Shown here piece after piece: positions 17,780 to 26,108 of a stretch of DNA of 64,000 bases; the stretch's first letter is position 1, and every line of letters starts with the position of its first letter. Both the position numbers and the translations under genes were made by a program. Under the pieces are notes generated by a model. That model was not told where the DNA came from and did not search any database. It saw only the letters and a list, made by a program, of their open reading frames with translations. Source of the DNA: an uncultured Flavobacteriales bacterium (GTDB lineage Bacteria > Bacteroidota > Bacteroidia > Flavobacteriales > UBA7312); the NCBI GenBank assembly GCA_913041085.1, contig CAJWHN010000002.1, positions 3,008-67,007 of the forward strand. The letters are read 5' to 3'.

Positions 17780-20008
17780 ATGATACGATTATTTTTTATC
17801 CTTTGCCTAAGTGTTAGCATGGCTTTTGCTGACAGTGGCGACACGACTACAGTTCAAGTACATGATAATGTCGATATGACTTGGTATGGCCATTATAAAA
17901 AATGGGGTGAATTCCCAACAGAGGGTTCGTTCCGAAAAGTGTTGATGCACTTCGATATGGGTTGTGCCTCAACAGGATGTAGCGGTTGGGATTATGACGT
18001 ACATATCCTTCTTAGAAACAGAACTAATAAACTAGACTCTAACCTTGTTTTAGCCCCTAGCTATAGCTTAGATGGTTCTAGTCCAGACACTATACAATTC
18101 AGCTACAGCCCCACTTATGTAAGTGCTTGGGACAGCATAAGTGGAGATACAGTTATCGCCAATGATACGCTAGTATTGGTATGGTATCAAGATGCCAATG
18201 ACCCTTTTTTAGCGACTGACACTCAATACGTCTATGCTGCCAACTACTACAACATGACTTATGATAGTGCTGGAGCAGTTATTGATTCCGTTTGGGTAGC
18301 TGCGGATACCACTTTGTATTTGAGCAATACCGACACCTACAACGTCTATGAAATTATAGAAGATTTTGAACTCGGTAGGGCCATTACTCCTTATGGCACC
18401 TATATGAACCCCGCCAATGGCAGTTATGGCACCAATGGATACGATGAAAATTGGAAACACCGTTTCACCTACGATGTGACAGACTTCCAACACCTACTCA
18501 AAGATTCTGTTGAAATTGATGCTTTTTATTCGGGTTGGAGCAGTGGTTTTAGTGTCACTCTCAACTTTGAATTCATAGAGGGAACACCCCCAAGAATGCC
18601 ACTAAGTCTGAGCAACGTATATAAAAATGGAGCTGCAGGCTATGGCTATACTAACTCAGCCAATTTTGAAAGCCAACAAATGCCTGAAGTTAAAGTCGCT
18701 ACATCTGAATATGCCTCTAGCTTTAAACTGCAATTCGTGCCATCAGGTCACGGACAAGCAGGTGAATTTACACCTAATGTCAGTTATACTGCTAAAGTAA
18801 ACGGTTCGGTAGTAGGTGGAGAAACCATCTGGAAAGACGATTGTGGTTTCAATGCCATTTGGCCACAAGGGGGTACTTGGATTTTTGACCGTGCCAATTG
18901 GTGTCCAGGGGAAGCAGTACCCATCTACAACCACGAGATAACACCTTATGTCACTGCTGGTGATACCGCTCTAGTGGATATTAACTTTAGCAGCTACAAC
19001 CCTAATGGAGATGCTTCATACTCGTGTGCTGTTCATTTCTTCCAATACAAAGAACCCAACTTCGAATTAGATGCTGAAGTCATAGATATTATTAGCCCTT
19101 CCTTAAAGGACCAATACTCTAGGCTAAATCCCATATGTGCTAATCCTGTCATAAAAATTAGGAATTCTGGTACTCAAGAATTAACCGCATTGACTATTGA
19201 ATATGGTGTTAAGGGGGGGACTATGCAAACACAACAATGGACGGGCAACCTCAAATTCATGCAAGAAGAAGAAGTTACACTTGGCGAAATGATTAACGAT
19301 GGCAACCAAAATACCTTTGAGGTAACAGTATCTAATCCTAATGGAACTACAGATATGCACAGCGATAACGACTTCATGTCATCAGATTTTGAGGACGTTC
19401 CTGTTTACAAAAATCAATTTTTGGTGCGTTTGAAGACGAATAACTATGGCAGTCAAAATTCATGGAAAATAGAAAATAGCCAAGGTGAAATTGTGTCCTC
19501 CAACGGCAACTTTGCTAGTAATACACTAAACACCGATACTGTAATTTTAGGCAATGGCTGTTTCACTTTTACTCTTGAAGATACGGGCGGTGATGGCTTA
19601 GACTTTTGGTATTGGGACAATGTGGGTCAGCCAGATGGAACAGGCTACATCAACTTCATGTATTACGATACCATTTCAATTTTTAAAACCTTCCACAAAG
19701 ATTTTGGCTCTCGAATTGTGCACTCTTTTAGAGTACAAAACGCCACTTCTATAGATGAGCAATCTTTGGATAAATTTGAAGTGTACCCTACACAAACAAA
19801 TGGGCTAGTGCATATAAAATCGACAGCAAATATTGAGGAGAAAAACTTGCAACTGTTCGATGTTAAAGGTCAATTACTACTACAAAAACAATGGTTTGAG
19901 ACAGAAACAGATATTGATTTAAGCAACTTTACCGAAGGTATTTACTTCATCAAATTCAAGACTGACAACTCTTTGCAATCGGAAAAAATTATATTTAACA
20001 ATTATTAA
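17780..20008 (+). CDS. Secreted T9SS substrate with PNGase F-like jelly-roll regions and a type-A C-terminal sorting domain
   Basis: Signal peptide MIRLFFILCLSVSMAFA. HFDMGCASTGCSGWDYDVHILL and DRANWCPGEAVP resemble PNGase F-related proteins. The C-terminus FEVYPTQTNGLVHIKS...LQLFDVKGQLL...GIYFIKFKTDNSLQSEKIIFNNY is a Por_Secre_tail. Confidence 0.55.
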   Translation: MIRLFFILCLSVSMAFADSGDTTTVQVHDNVDMTWYGHYKKWGEFPTEGSFRKVLMHFDMGCASTGCSGWDYDVHILLRNRTNKLDSNLVLAPSYSLDGSSPDTIQFSYSPTYVSAWDSISGDTVIANDTLVLVWYQDANDPFLATDTQYVYAANYYNMTYDSAGAVIDSVWVAADTTLYLSNTDTYNVYEIIEDFELGRAITPYGTYMNPANGSYGTNGYDENWKHRFTYDVTDFQHLLKDSVEIDAFYSGWSSGFSVTLNFEFIEGTPPRMPLSLSNVYKNGAAGYGYTNSANFESQQMPEVKVATSEYASSFKLQFVPSGHGQAGEFTPNVSYTAKVNGSVVGGETIWKDDCGFNAIWPQGGTWIFDRANWCPGEAVPIYNHEITPYVTAGDTALVDINFSSYNPNGDASYSCAVHFFQYKEPNFELDAEVIDIISPSLKDQYSRLNPICANPVIKIRNSGTQELTALTIEYGVKGGTMQTQQWTGNLKFMQEEEVTLGEMINDGNQNTFEVTVSNPNGTTDMHSDNDFMSSDFEDVPVYKNQFLVRLKTNNYGSQNSWKIENSQGEIVSSNGNFASNTLNTDTVILGNGCFTFTLEDTGGDGLDFWYWDNVGQPDGTGYINFMYYDTISIFKTFHKDFGSRIVHSFRVQNATSIDEQSLDKFEVYPTQTNGLVHIKSTANIEEKNLQLFDVKGQLLLQKQWFETETDIDLSNFTEGIYFIKFKTDNSLQSEKIIFNNY

Positions 20009-20030
20009 ATTTTTCATTTGTCTTTTTTGA

Positions 20031-20038
20031 TATTTTTG
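20031..20038 (+). promoter_or_regulatory. -7 box TATTTTTG, 5 nt before the ispG ATG
   Basis: Exact TAnnTTTG with a 5-nt gap to the ATG at 20044. Confidence 0.45.
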
Positions 20039-20043
20039 TTTCG

Positions 20044-21981
20044 ATGAGTAAACCTTCCTATTGCACTAGTTTAATAGAATATTCCCGTTTTCGTACCAGA
20101 GAAGTTATGGTGGGTAAAGTAGGTGTTGGTGGAGATAACCCCATACGTGTACAATCCATGACTACTACAGATACGATGGATACACAAGCCACTGTAGAAC
20201 AAAGTATCCGTATGATAGAGGCGGGTTGTGAAATTGTACGTATCACCGCACCGAGCAAGAAAGATGCCAAAAACCTACAAAACATTAAAGACGAATTGAG
20301 GGCAAGAGGTTACGATACTCCCTTGGTTGCCGATATACACTTCACGCCCAATGCTGCCGAAATAGCTGCACGTATAGTAGAAAAAGTAAGGGTAAACCCG
20401 GGCAACTATGCCGATAAGAAAAAGTTTGAAGAAATAGAATATACCGACGATACCTACCAACATGAATTGGAACGTATCAAAGAACGCTTTGTGCCCTTAG
20501 TACGTATCTGCAAAGAAGAAGGTACTGCCATGCGAATAGGCACCAATCACGGTTCGCTGTCGGATAGAATACTCAGCCGTTATGGCGACACCCCTCTTGG
20601 TATGGTAGAATCTGCCCTAGAGTTTTTACGTATTTGTAGACAAGAAGATTTTCACAACATCATCTTGTCTATGAAAGCAAGTAACACCCAAGTGATGGTT
20701 CAAGCCTATCGTTTGCTCATTCAGAAGATGAAAGAAGACGGTATGAATTACCCTTTGCATTTGGGCGTAACAGAAGCTGGAGAAGGCGAAGACGGACGTA
20801 TAAAATCTGCCGTAGGTATAGGCACACTCTTAGAAGATGGTATAGGCGATACCGTTAGGGTATCCCTCACTGAAGAACCCGAATACGAAATCCCCGTAGC
20901 TCGTGATTTGGTGGACCGTTACCAAGATAGAATAAAGCATCAAGCTATTGCTGAGGTAGAGCAAAACCCCATTGATAGCTACAACTTCCAAAGAAGAAAA
21001 AGTAGCACCGTACTTAATATTGGCGACAAGCAAGTTCCTATTGTGATGGCAGACTTTTCTTTGAAGAAAAACATCACACCAGCCAATTTCTTTGCTTTGG
21101 GTTATCGTTATTCGGTGCCCACAGACAAGTGGAATATTGGAGATATGGCATGCGACTACGTCTTTTTGGGAAGTGCAGAAATTGACTTTGACATACCAGG
21201 GACTTTAGGCGTCATTTACCATCACGACACTTGGCTCAAGCATAAAGATAAAGAAAGAGTCTATCCCTTTCTGACCAGTAAGAACTACCTTGAAGGCGGT
21301 GTCTTTTCTGAACAGATGAATGTGGTTTACGCCTGTTTGGAAGATCTCAATACAGAGCTAATGAGCCGACTCAAAGCAGACCCAACTGCCGTATTACTCA
21401 TTGATACTTGGAATGCCCACGGTATGGCAGAGCAAAGGCGTTTGTTTATGGAATTGATGAATGCCGATTGTCAAGTGCCCGTCATTATTGGTCGTGCTTA
21501 CGGAGGACTTTCTGAAGAAAAATTACAACTGCAAAGTGCCACCGATATGGGGGCTTTATTGTTAGACGGTCTAGGCGATGGTATTTTTATTGCTGCCGAA
21601 AATTGCGGTAGCGACCAGAATATCAACCAAACCGCTTTTGGCATACTACAAGCCACACGAACACGTATCTCAAAAACAGAATACATCTCTTGCCCTTCCT
21701 GTGGACGTACCCTATTCGACCTACAAGAAACAACAGCCAAGATTAGAGCTAAGACCAACCACCTCAAAGGGGTGAAAATTGGTATTATGGGCTGTATTGT
21801 TAACGGACCGGGAGAGATGGCAGATGCCGACTACGGCTATGTAGGCACAGGCGTAGGAAAAATAACACTCTACAAAGAAAAAGAAGTGGTACAACGCAAC
21901 ATTCCTGAAGAACAAGCCGTAGATGCCCTCATAGACCTCATTAAATCTTATGGCGATTGGATAGAAGCAAAAAGTGATTAA
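20044..21981 (+). CDS. ispG: 4-hydroxy-3-methylbut-2-en-1-yl diphosphate synthase (long form with insert domain)
   Basis: VGGDNPIRVQSMTTTDT...LVADIHF. The C-terminal Fe-S cysteines are in ISCPSCGRT and GCIVNGPGE. Confidence 0.9.
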   Translation: MSKPSYCTSLIEYSRFRTREVMVGKVGVGGDNPIRVQSMTTTDTMDTQATVEQSIRMIEAGCEIVRITAPSKKDAKNLQNIKDELRARGYDTPLVADIHFTPNAAEIAARIVEKVRVNPGNYADKKKFEEIEYTDDTYQHELERIKERFVPLVRICKEEGTAMRIGTNHGSLSDRILSRYGDTPLGMVESALEFLRICRQEDFHNIILSMKASNTQVMVQAYRLLIQKMKEDGMNYPLHLGVTEAGEGEDGRIKSAVGIGTLLEDGIGDTVRVSLTEEPEYEIPVARDLVDRYQDRIKHQAIAEVEQNPIDSYNFQRRKSSTVLNIGDKQVPIVMADFSLKKNITPANFFALGYRYSVPTDKWNIGDMACDYVFLGSAEIDFDIPGTLGVIYHHDTWLKHKDKERVYPFLTSKNYLEGGVFSEQMNVVYACLEDLNTELMSRLKADPTAVLLIDTWNAHGMAEQRRLFMELMNADCQVPVIIGRAYGGLSEEKLQLQSATDMGALLLDGLGDGIFIAAENCGSDQNINQTAFGILQATRTRISKTEYISCPSCGRTLFDLQETTAKIRAKTNHLKGVKIGIMGCIVNGPGEMADADYGYVGTGVGKITLYKEKEVVQRNIPEEQAVDALIDLIKSYGDWIEAKSD

Positions 21982-22046
21982 AATTTTATAAAATTTATTT
22001 CACAACTTAAAGCTCAATGAACTATTTACACTTTTATCCATATTGA

Positions 22047-22328
22047 CCACATAGTTCTTTCAACACTGAAGGCGTAAACGACAGCGAACATACCTCCTCC
22101 TTATACCCCAATCCCACAGTAGGCTGGGTACAACTGCAACACCCTACCGCCACCCAAATTGTTCTGCACGACCTTATGGGCAAAGAACAGCACAGACAAG
22201 CTGTCCTTCCTCAACACAACAACAGCCTAAATTTGGTACACTTGCCAAGAGGCATATTCCTTCTGAGCTATTGGCATCAAGGACAACAACTGCAACATGA
22301 GAAATTATTGAAGAAGAGTAAAAGGTAG
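22047..22328 (+). pseudogene. GC-rich orphan T9SS type-A C-terminal sorting domain relic (94 open codons, no usable start)
   Basis: Absent from the ORF track. My translation reads PHSSFNTEGVNDSEHTSSLYPNPTVGWVQLQHPTATQIVLHDLMGKEQHRQAVLPQHNNSLNLVHLPRGIFLLSYWHQGQQLQHEKLLKKSKR*. It shows the YPNP, IxLxDxxGK, LPxGxxLL and KxxKK landmarks. A TGA lies immediately upstream in frame. Confidence 0.6.
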
Positions 22329-22342
22329 TTTCAGAGAAGTGT

Positions 22343-23239
22343 TTAGCCCCACAAAGGTGTAGGATAAACGCCCTTCTCAATTTGTTCGGCAATAGCCGCC
22401 ACCGCCATAGGCTTATCTTCTTTGTAAGTCACCCCAAACCAAGTGTCGGTAGTAGGAATAACCTTAACCACCATAGTCCCATCATTAATTTTATCGGTAA
22501 TAATATTCGGAATGTAGTACTCTGCCTTAGGGTCTTGAGCATTGACCTTCATAAAGGCATGAAATCCTTGTTCTATCTCAGCAAAAATAGAAGGGTGAAA
22601 ACCCCAATAATTCATAGATACACTGGCTTTAGGGTTAAGCTCTACGCCACCATCTTCGCCAACATTATATTCTACTTTACCGTCCACTTTGGCAATCTTG
22701 GTACGCTCAATGACTTCTATAAGGTGACCACTTTCATTGACTTCGCAAACTCCCCTATTCACTGTGCCGTGCTCCGATAGGGTATTGTCCAAAACATAGC
22801 CCAACATAGACATGACAGAAGGCGAACAGTCGTTTTGCAAAAAGTCCACCATTATCTTAAAGGAATTGTTACCGTAATAATCATCGGCATTTATCACCGC
22901 AAAAGGCTCATTGATAAATTCTTGAGCCACCAAAACAGCGTGAGAAGTGCCCCACGGTTTTTGTCTTTCTACCAAATCTACCCCCTCTAACTCTACTTGC
23001 ACAGGCTGATAGGCGTAGGCTATGTCTATCCTATCCTCAAACTTAGAAAAACGAGAGCGAAAAGCTTCATCAAACTCTTGGCGAATGACAAAAACTATCT
23101 TGCCAAAACCCGATTGAATAGCATCATAAATAGAGTATTCTATAATGGGTTCTTCATTGGGTCCTATACCATCGATTTGTTTGAGTCCACCGTAACGGCT
23201 ACCCATTCCTGCTGCTAAAATTAAAAGTGTTGGTTTCAT
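22343..23239 (-). CDS. Sugar-phosphate nucleotidyltransferase-family protein (substrate unknown)
   Basis: MKPTLLILAAGMGSRYGGLKQIDGIGP matches the G-x-G-t-R NTP-transferase N-terminal motif. Confidence 0.65.
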   Translation of the reverse strand: MKPTLLILAAGMGSRYGGLKQIDGIGPNEEPIIEYSIYDAIQSGFGKIVFVIRQEFDEAFRSRFSKFEDRIDIAYAYQPVQVELEGVDLVERQKPWGTSHAVLVAQEFINEPFAVINADDYYGNNSFKIMVDFLQNDCSPSVMSMLGYVLDNTLSEHGTVNRGVCEVNESGHLIEVIERTKIAKVDGKVEYNVGEDGGVELNPKASVSMNYWGFHPSIFAEIEQGFHAFMKVNAQDPKAEYYIPNIITDKINDGTMVVKVIPTTDTWFGVTYKEDKPMAVAAIAEQIEKGVYPTPLWG

Positions 23240-23246
23240 TGATATA

Positions 23247-23254
23247 CAAAGGTA
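23247..23254 (-). promoter_or_regulatory. -7 box TACCTTTG, 7 nt before the nucleotidyltransferase ATG
   Basis: Plus strand caaaggta, reverse complement TACCTTTG. Confidence 0.4.
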
Positions 23255-23301
23255 AATTTCGCCACAAAAGTAGGTAAATACATCGGTTAATGAGTGAATA
23301 T

Positions 23302-25185
23302 TTAGTTAAATTCTACTAAAACTGACACAATTTCTATCCGTCTTTCTCGAGCCGCTTTTATGCTATACACCGAGTTTCTTCTATCCTTAGGATTGTCACT
23401 CACACCTATGCTAACTTGGGTTTCTCCTAAAGGGAGTTCGCTAATCTGAAAGTGCCCGTTTTGAAGGTAAGCTAAGAGTGCCCCATCATTGTATTGCATA
23501 AGGAAGTTTTCTACACTAGAAATACGGCGTTTTGCCAATAGGTTGTTGTAGTCAGATGCCGTCAAGGGTGAGGTATAGCCTTTGAGCTTTATCTCGACTT
23601 TAGCCTCCAAAGACAATGCCCTTTCTAACTGCTCGGCAAATTGTAGCAATTGCTTATGACCTTCATATACGGTTTGTTCGAAGAAATCACGCATCTGACG
23701 TTCAGTAGTATTTCTAGCTCTACCTGACATTACCGAAGAAAAACGCTTGACGTATTCCTCTTTTTGTGCCATAAAAGAATTGTAGGCATCGCTATAAGTT
23801 AGAGTGGTGACACTATCCCTCGTCTTGGGGTTAGGCTCGTCGTTATGAAAATACAAACTCAAAGGTAAGTTCAATTGCATGGCGGTGGCTAAGCTATCTA
23901 CCTCAACACAAACACACTCCACCGTTTTTACAAAACTGTAAATATCGTTGCAACAGCTTTCTTGGCTAATGGTCTGCGAGCCTAGCCTATTGGAAGATAA
24001 AAAGCCCAGATGAAAACTGTCTATCAAAGCAACATAATACAAATCGTTGGCACTACTATTGAGGGGTTGTCCTACATTTTGTACTAAACCCCATTGCTCA
24101 TTCCATACCGATTTGAAAATATCAAAGCCTCCTATACCGGGGTGAAAGTCTGAACTGAAATACAAGACCTTTTCTACCGAATGATAAAAAGGAGTCACTT
24201 CTTTGCCCGTCGTATTGATGCCGTTTCCTAGATTTTGAGCTTGTCCTGTCATAGGCACAAACCAAATGTCTAAATTGCCAAATCCGCCCACTCTATTAGA
24301 AGCTATAAACAAGCCTTCTACCCCATTCCACAAAGCCCATTGCGGATGGGTGTTGTTACTGTAAGGCACATTAAAGCGTTGGTCCATAAGTTGAGGTACA
24401 GACCACAAGCCATTGCGGTACTGACTGCTATAAATCTGACAGACCATCTCGCCTTTATGATTTTTGCACTTGGTAAAATAGGCCTCCTGACCCAAAGGAC
24501 TGAAGGTAATGTTGGCCATGTGGTAGCTTTTGTCATTGAATAACTTGTACAAATCGGCAACAGCCCCATCTCTAGAACGCATCAATTGAGAACGGTGACC
24601 GATATATAACTCCTCAGCCAAACCGTCATCAGCTACCATAGAAGAAAAATATAAACTGGTATCGCCCAAAGGAAAAGGCGCAAAATCGGAATAGCTGGAG
24701 TTAATGTGCTCGCCCATAACTTGGACTTGAACATCTTCACGCTCTTTCATAGTCAATGCCATCTGAGCCCCTTTCCATTCCATCATAGCCTTTCTATACC
24801 AATAATCAGAAGGGCGTAAACTTTCATCTAAAAATTGTTTTAAATAGCTGGAGGCTTCCTCGTACTGAGCAAGGTTTTTGTGCAAAATGCCTAACCACAA
24901 TAAGGTGTTGGGATAAAGGGATACTTGCTTACTTTCAAGGACTTTTTCATAAGCCATAATCCCTTTACTATACTGATTGGTTTGTCGGTAACTTTCCGCC
25001 AAAGAATACCAATCGCTAAAAGATGTACTGTCCTTTTGGAAAGAGAGTTCGTAGAAATAAACGGCTGAAAAGTAATCTTGTGTGTTGTAATAAAAATCAG
25101 CTTCGGCATCAATTTCTCCTTTTTTCTGAGCGAAAGAAAAGCTAGTCAAGAAGACTAAAAGGTATGTTAGGATATATTTATTCAT
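23302..25185 (-). CDS. TPR / PD40(WD40-like) / OmpA-like C-terminal domain protein; third gene of the T9SS type-B module
   Basis: I chose the start MNKYILTYLLVFLTSFSFAQ at 25185, which makes an ATGA overlap with the PorP stop. TPR-like N-terminus (YYNTQDYFSAVYFYE...). Central TolB-like repeats (...LYFSS..., ...AYFTK...). The C-terminus ...KGYTSPLTASDYNNLLAKRRISSVENFL... is OmpA-like. Confidence 0.7.
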   Translation of the reverse strand: MNKYILTYLLVFLTSFSFAQKKGEIDAEADFYYNTQDYFSAVYFYELSFQKDSTSFSDWYSLAESYRQTNQYSKGIMAYEKVLESKQVSLYPNTLLWLGILHKNLAQYEEASSYLKQFLDESLRPSDYWYRKAMMEWKGAQMALTMKEREDVQVQVMGEHINSSYSDFAPFPLGDTSLYFSSMVADDGLAEELYIGHRSQLMRSRDGAVADLYKLFNDKSYHMANITFSPLGQEAYFTKCKNHKGEMVCQIYSSQYRNGLWSVPQLMDQRFNVPYSNNTHPQWALWNGVEGLFIASNRVGGFGNLDIWFVPMTGQAQNLGNGINTTGKEVTPFYHSVEKVLYFSSDFHPGIGGFDIFKSVWNEQWGLVQNVGQPLNSSANDLYYVALIDSFHLGFLSSNRLGSQTISQESCCNDIYSFVKTVECVCVEVDSLATAMQLNLPLSLYFHNDEPNPKTRDSVTTLTYSDAYNSFMAQKEEYVKRFSSVMSGRARNTTERQMRDFFEQTVYEGHKQLLQFAEQLERALSLEAKVEIKLKGYTSPLTASDYNNLLAKRRISSVENFLMQYNDGALLAYLQNGHFQISELPLGETQVSIGVSDNPKDRRNSVYSIKAARERRIEIVSVLVEFN

Positions 25186-26108
25186 AAGAAGGCAGGACAG
25201 GTTTTGTACTTGGGCTTGGATAATACTTTGGACTGTATAATGTGAGCAAATGACAATTCCCAAGCACCCAAATAATTACTAGCTGGGACTAAGTCGGAGG
25301 TGTTCCAATCGTAGCTAAATGCCACCTGCGATTGCTCAAACTGTATGCCAATTAAAGACGTCAAGGCATCTCCAAAACGGTAATAACTAGCTAGCTCAAG
25401 GACTATGTATTTGTAGTAGTATTCGCTGATATCAAAACTAATCTGTGAGCCTAGCATAAACTCCCTTTGGTTTTGTTGGCTGGTATAATGAATAGATGGG
25501 CTAAGCTGCCATTTTTCATTCAAATAGTAATCTAAACTGCTGGAAAATTGATGACGAACAGCTAACTTATCTTCCGATGATATAAAGGAACGGTTTGGAC
25601 TATTGATGTGAAACAAAGCATAAGCGACCTTCCATTCACTAGAAACAAAACTGAAAGTTCTATTGATGCCCATTCCTATGTCCATGTAATTCTTAGTTTC
25701 TGTACTGATGGATTCGCCATCATCGATAAATATCAAATCGGAGTAGTCAATACGACGTTGTGCAAAGCCCAACTGAACCCCCAATTGCCAATCTTGTAAA
25801 GAACGAGAAAGGGAAAGGTTAAATTGTGTAAGTGACAAGCGAGAACTCCCCGATTGGTCACGAAGAAACTGAAGCCCTAAACCCCAATTTTCTATGGGCA
25901 TATCCAAGCCCACCGAAGTTGTACTGAATGGAATACTTACACTCGCCCATTGCTCACGCTGATGGGCTGTAATACGATAGTCTCCATCGAAGTCAGCTGT
26001 CAAAGCGGGATTGCTAAACAAAGGGTTATTGTACCATTGGCTAAAATGTACATCTTGAGCCATTAAGGTTGTGCCTATACAAAGAAATATGAGTACTAAT
26101 TTCTTCAT
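25182..26108 (-). CDS. PorP/SprF-family T9SS outer-membrane beta-barrel protein
   Basis: MKKLVLIFLCIGTTLMAQDVHFSQWYNNPLFSNPALTA is the PorP/SprF signature N-terminus. Its ATG overlaps the stop of the upstream cargo gene (ATGA at 26105-26108). Confidence 0.85.
   Translation of the reverse strand: MKKLVLIFLCIGTTLMAQDVHFSQWYNNPLFSNPALTADFDGDYRITAHQREQWASVSIPFSTTSVGLDMPIENWGLGLQFLRDQSGSSRLSLTQFNLSLSRSLQDWQLGVQLGFAQRRIDYSDLIFIDDGESISTETKNYMDIGMGINRTFSFVSSEWKVAYALFHINSPNRSFISSEDKLAVRHQFSSSLDYYLNEKWQLSPSIHYTSQQNQREFMLGSQISFDISEYYYKYIVLELASYYRFGDALTSLIGIQFEQSQVAFSYDWNTSDLVPASNYLGAWELSFAHIIQSKVLSKPKYKTCPAFL

Noticed and set aside
21982-22046. AT palindrome TAAAATTTTA just after the ispG stop as a terminator
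   Set aside because: It is a pure A/T stem with no GC clamp or following T-run, so it cannot be told apart from background AT-rich sequence.
22174-22392. 72-aa minus-strand ORF, and the 132-aa plus-strand ORF at 22382-22780
   Set aside because: The first is antisense to the T9SS CTD relic and overlaps the 3' end of the nucleotidyltransferase. The second is antisense inside that well-supported gene. Neither has recognisable motifs.
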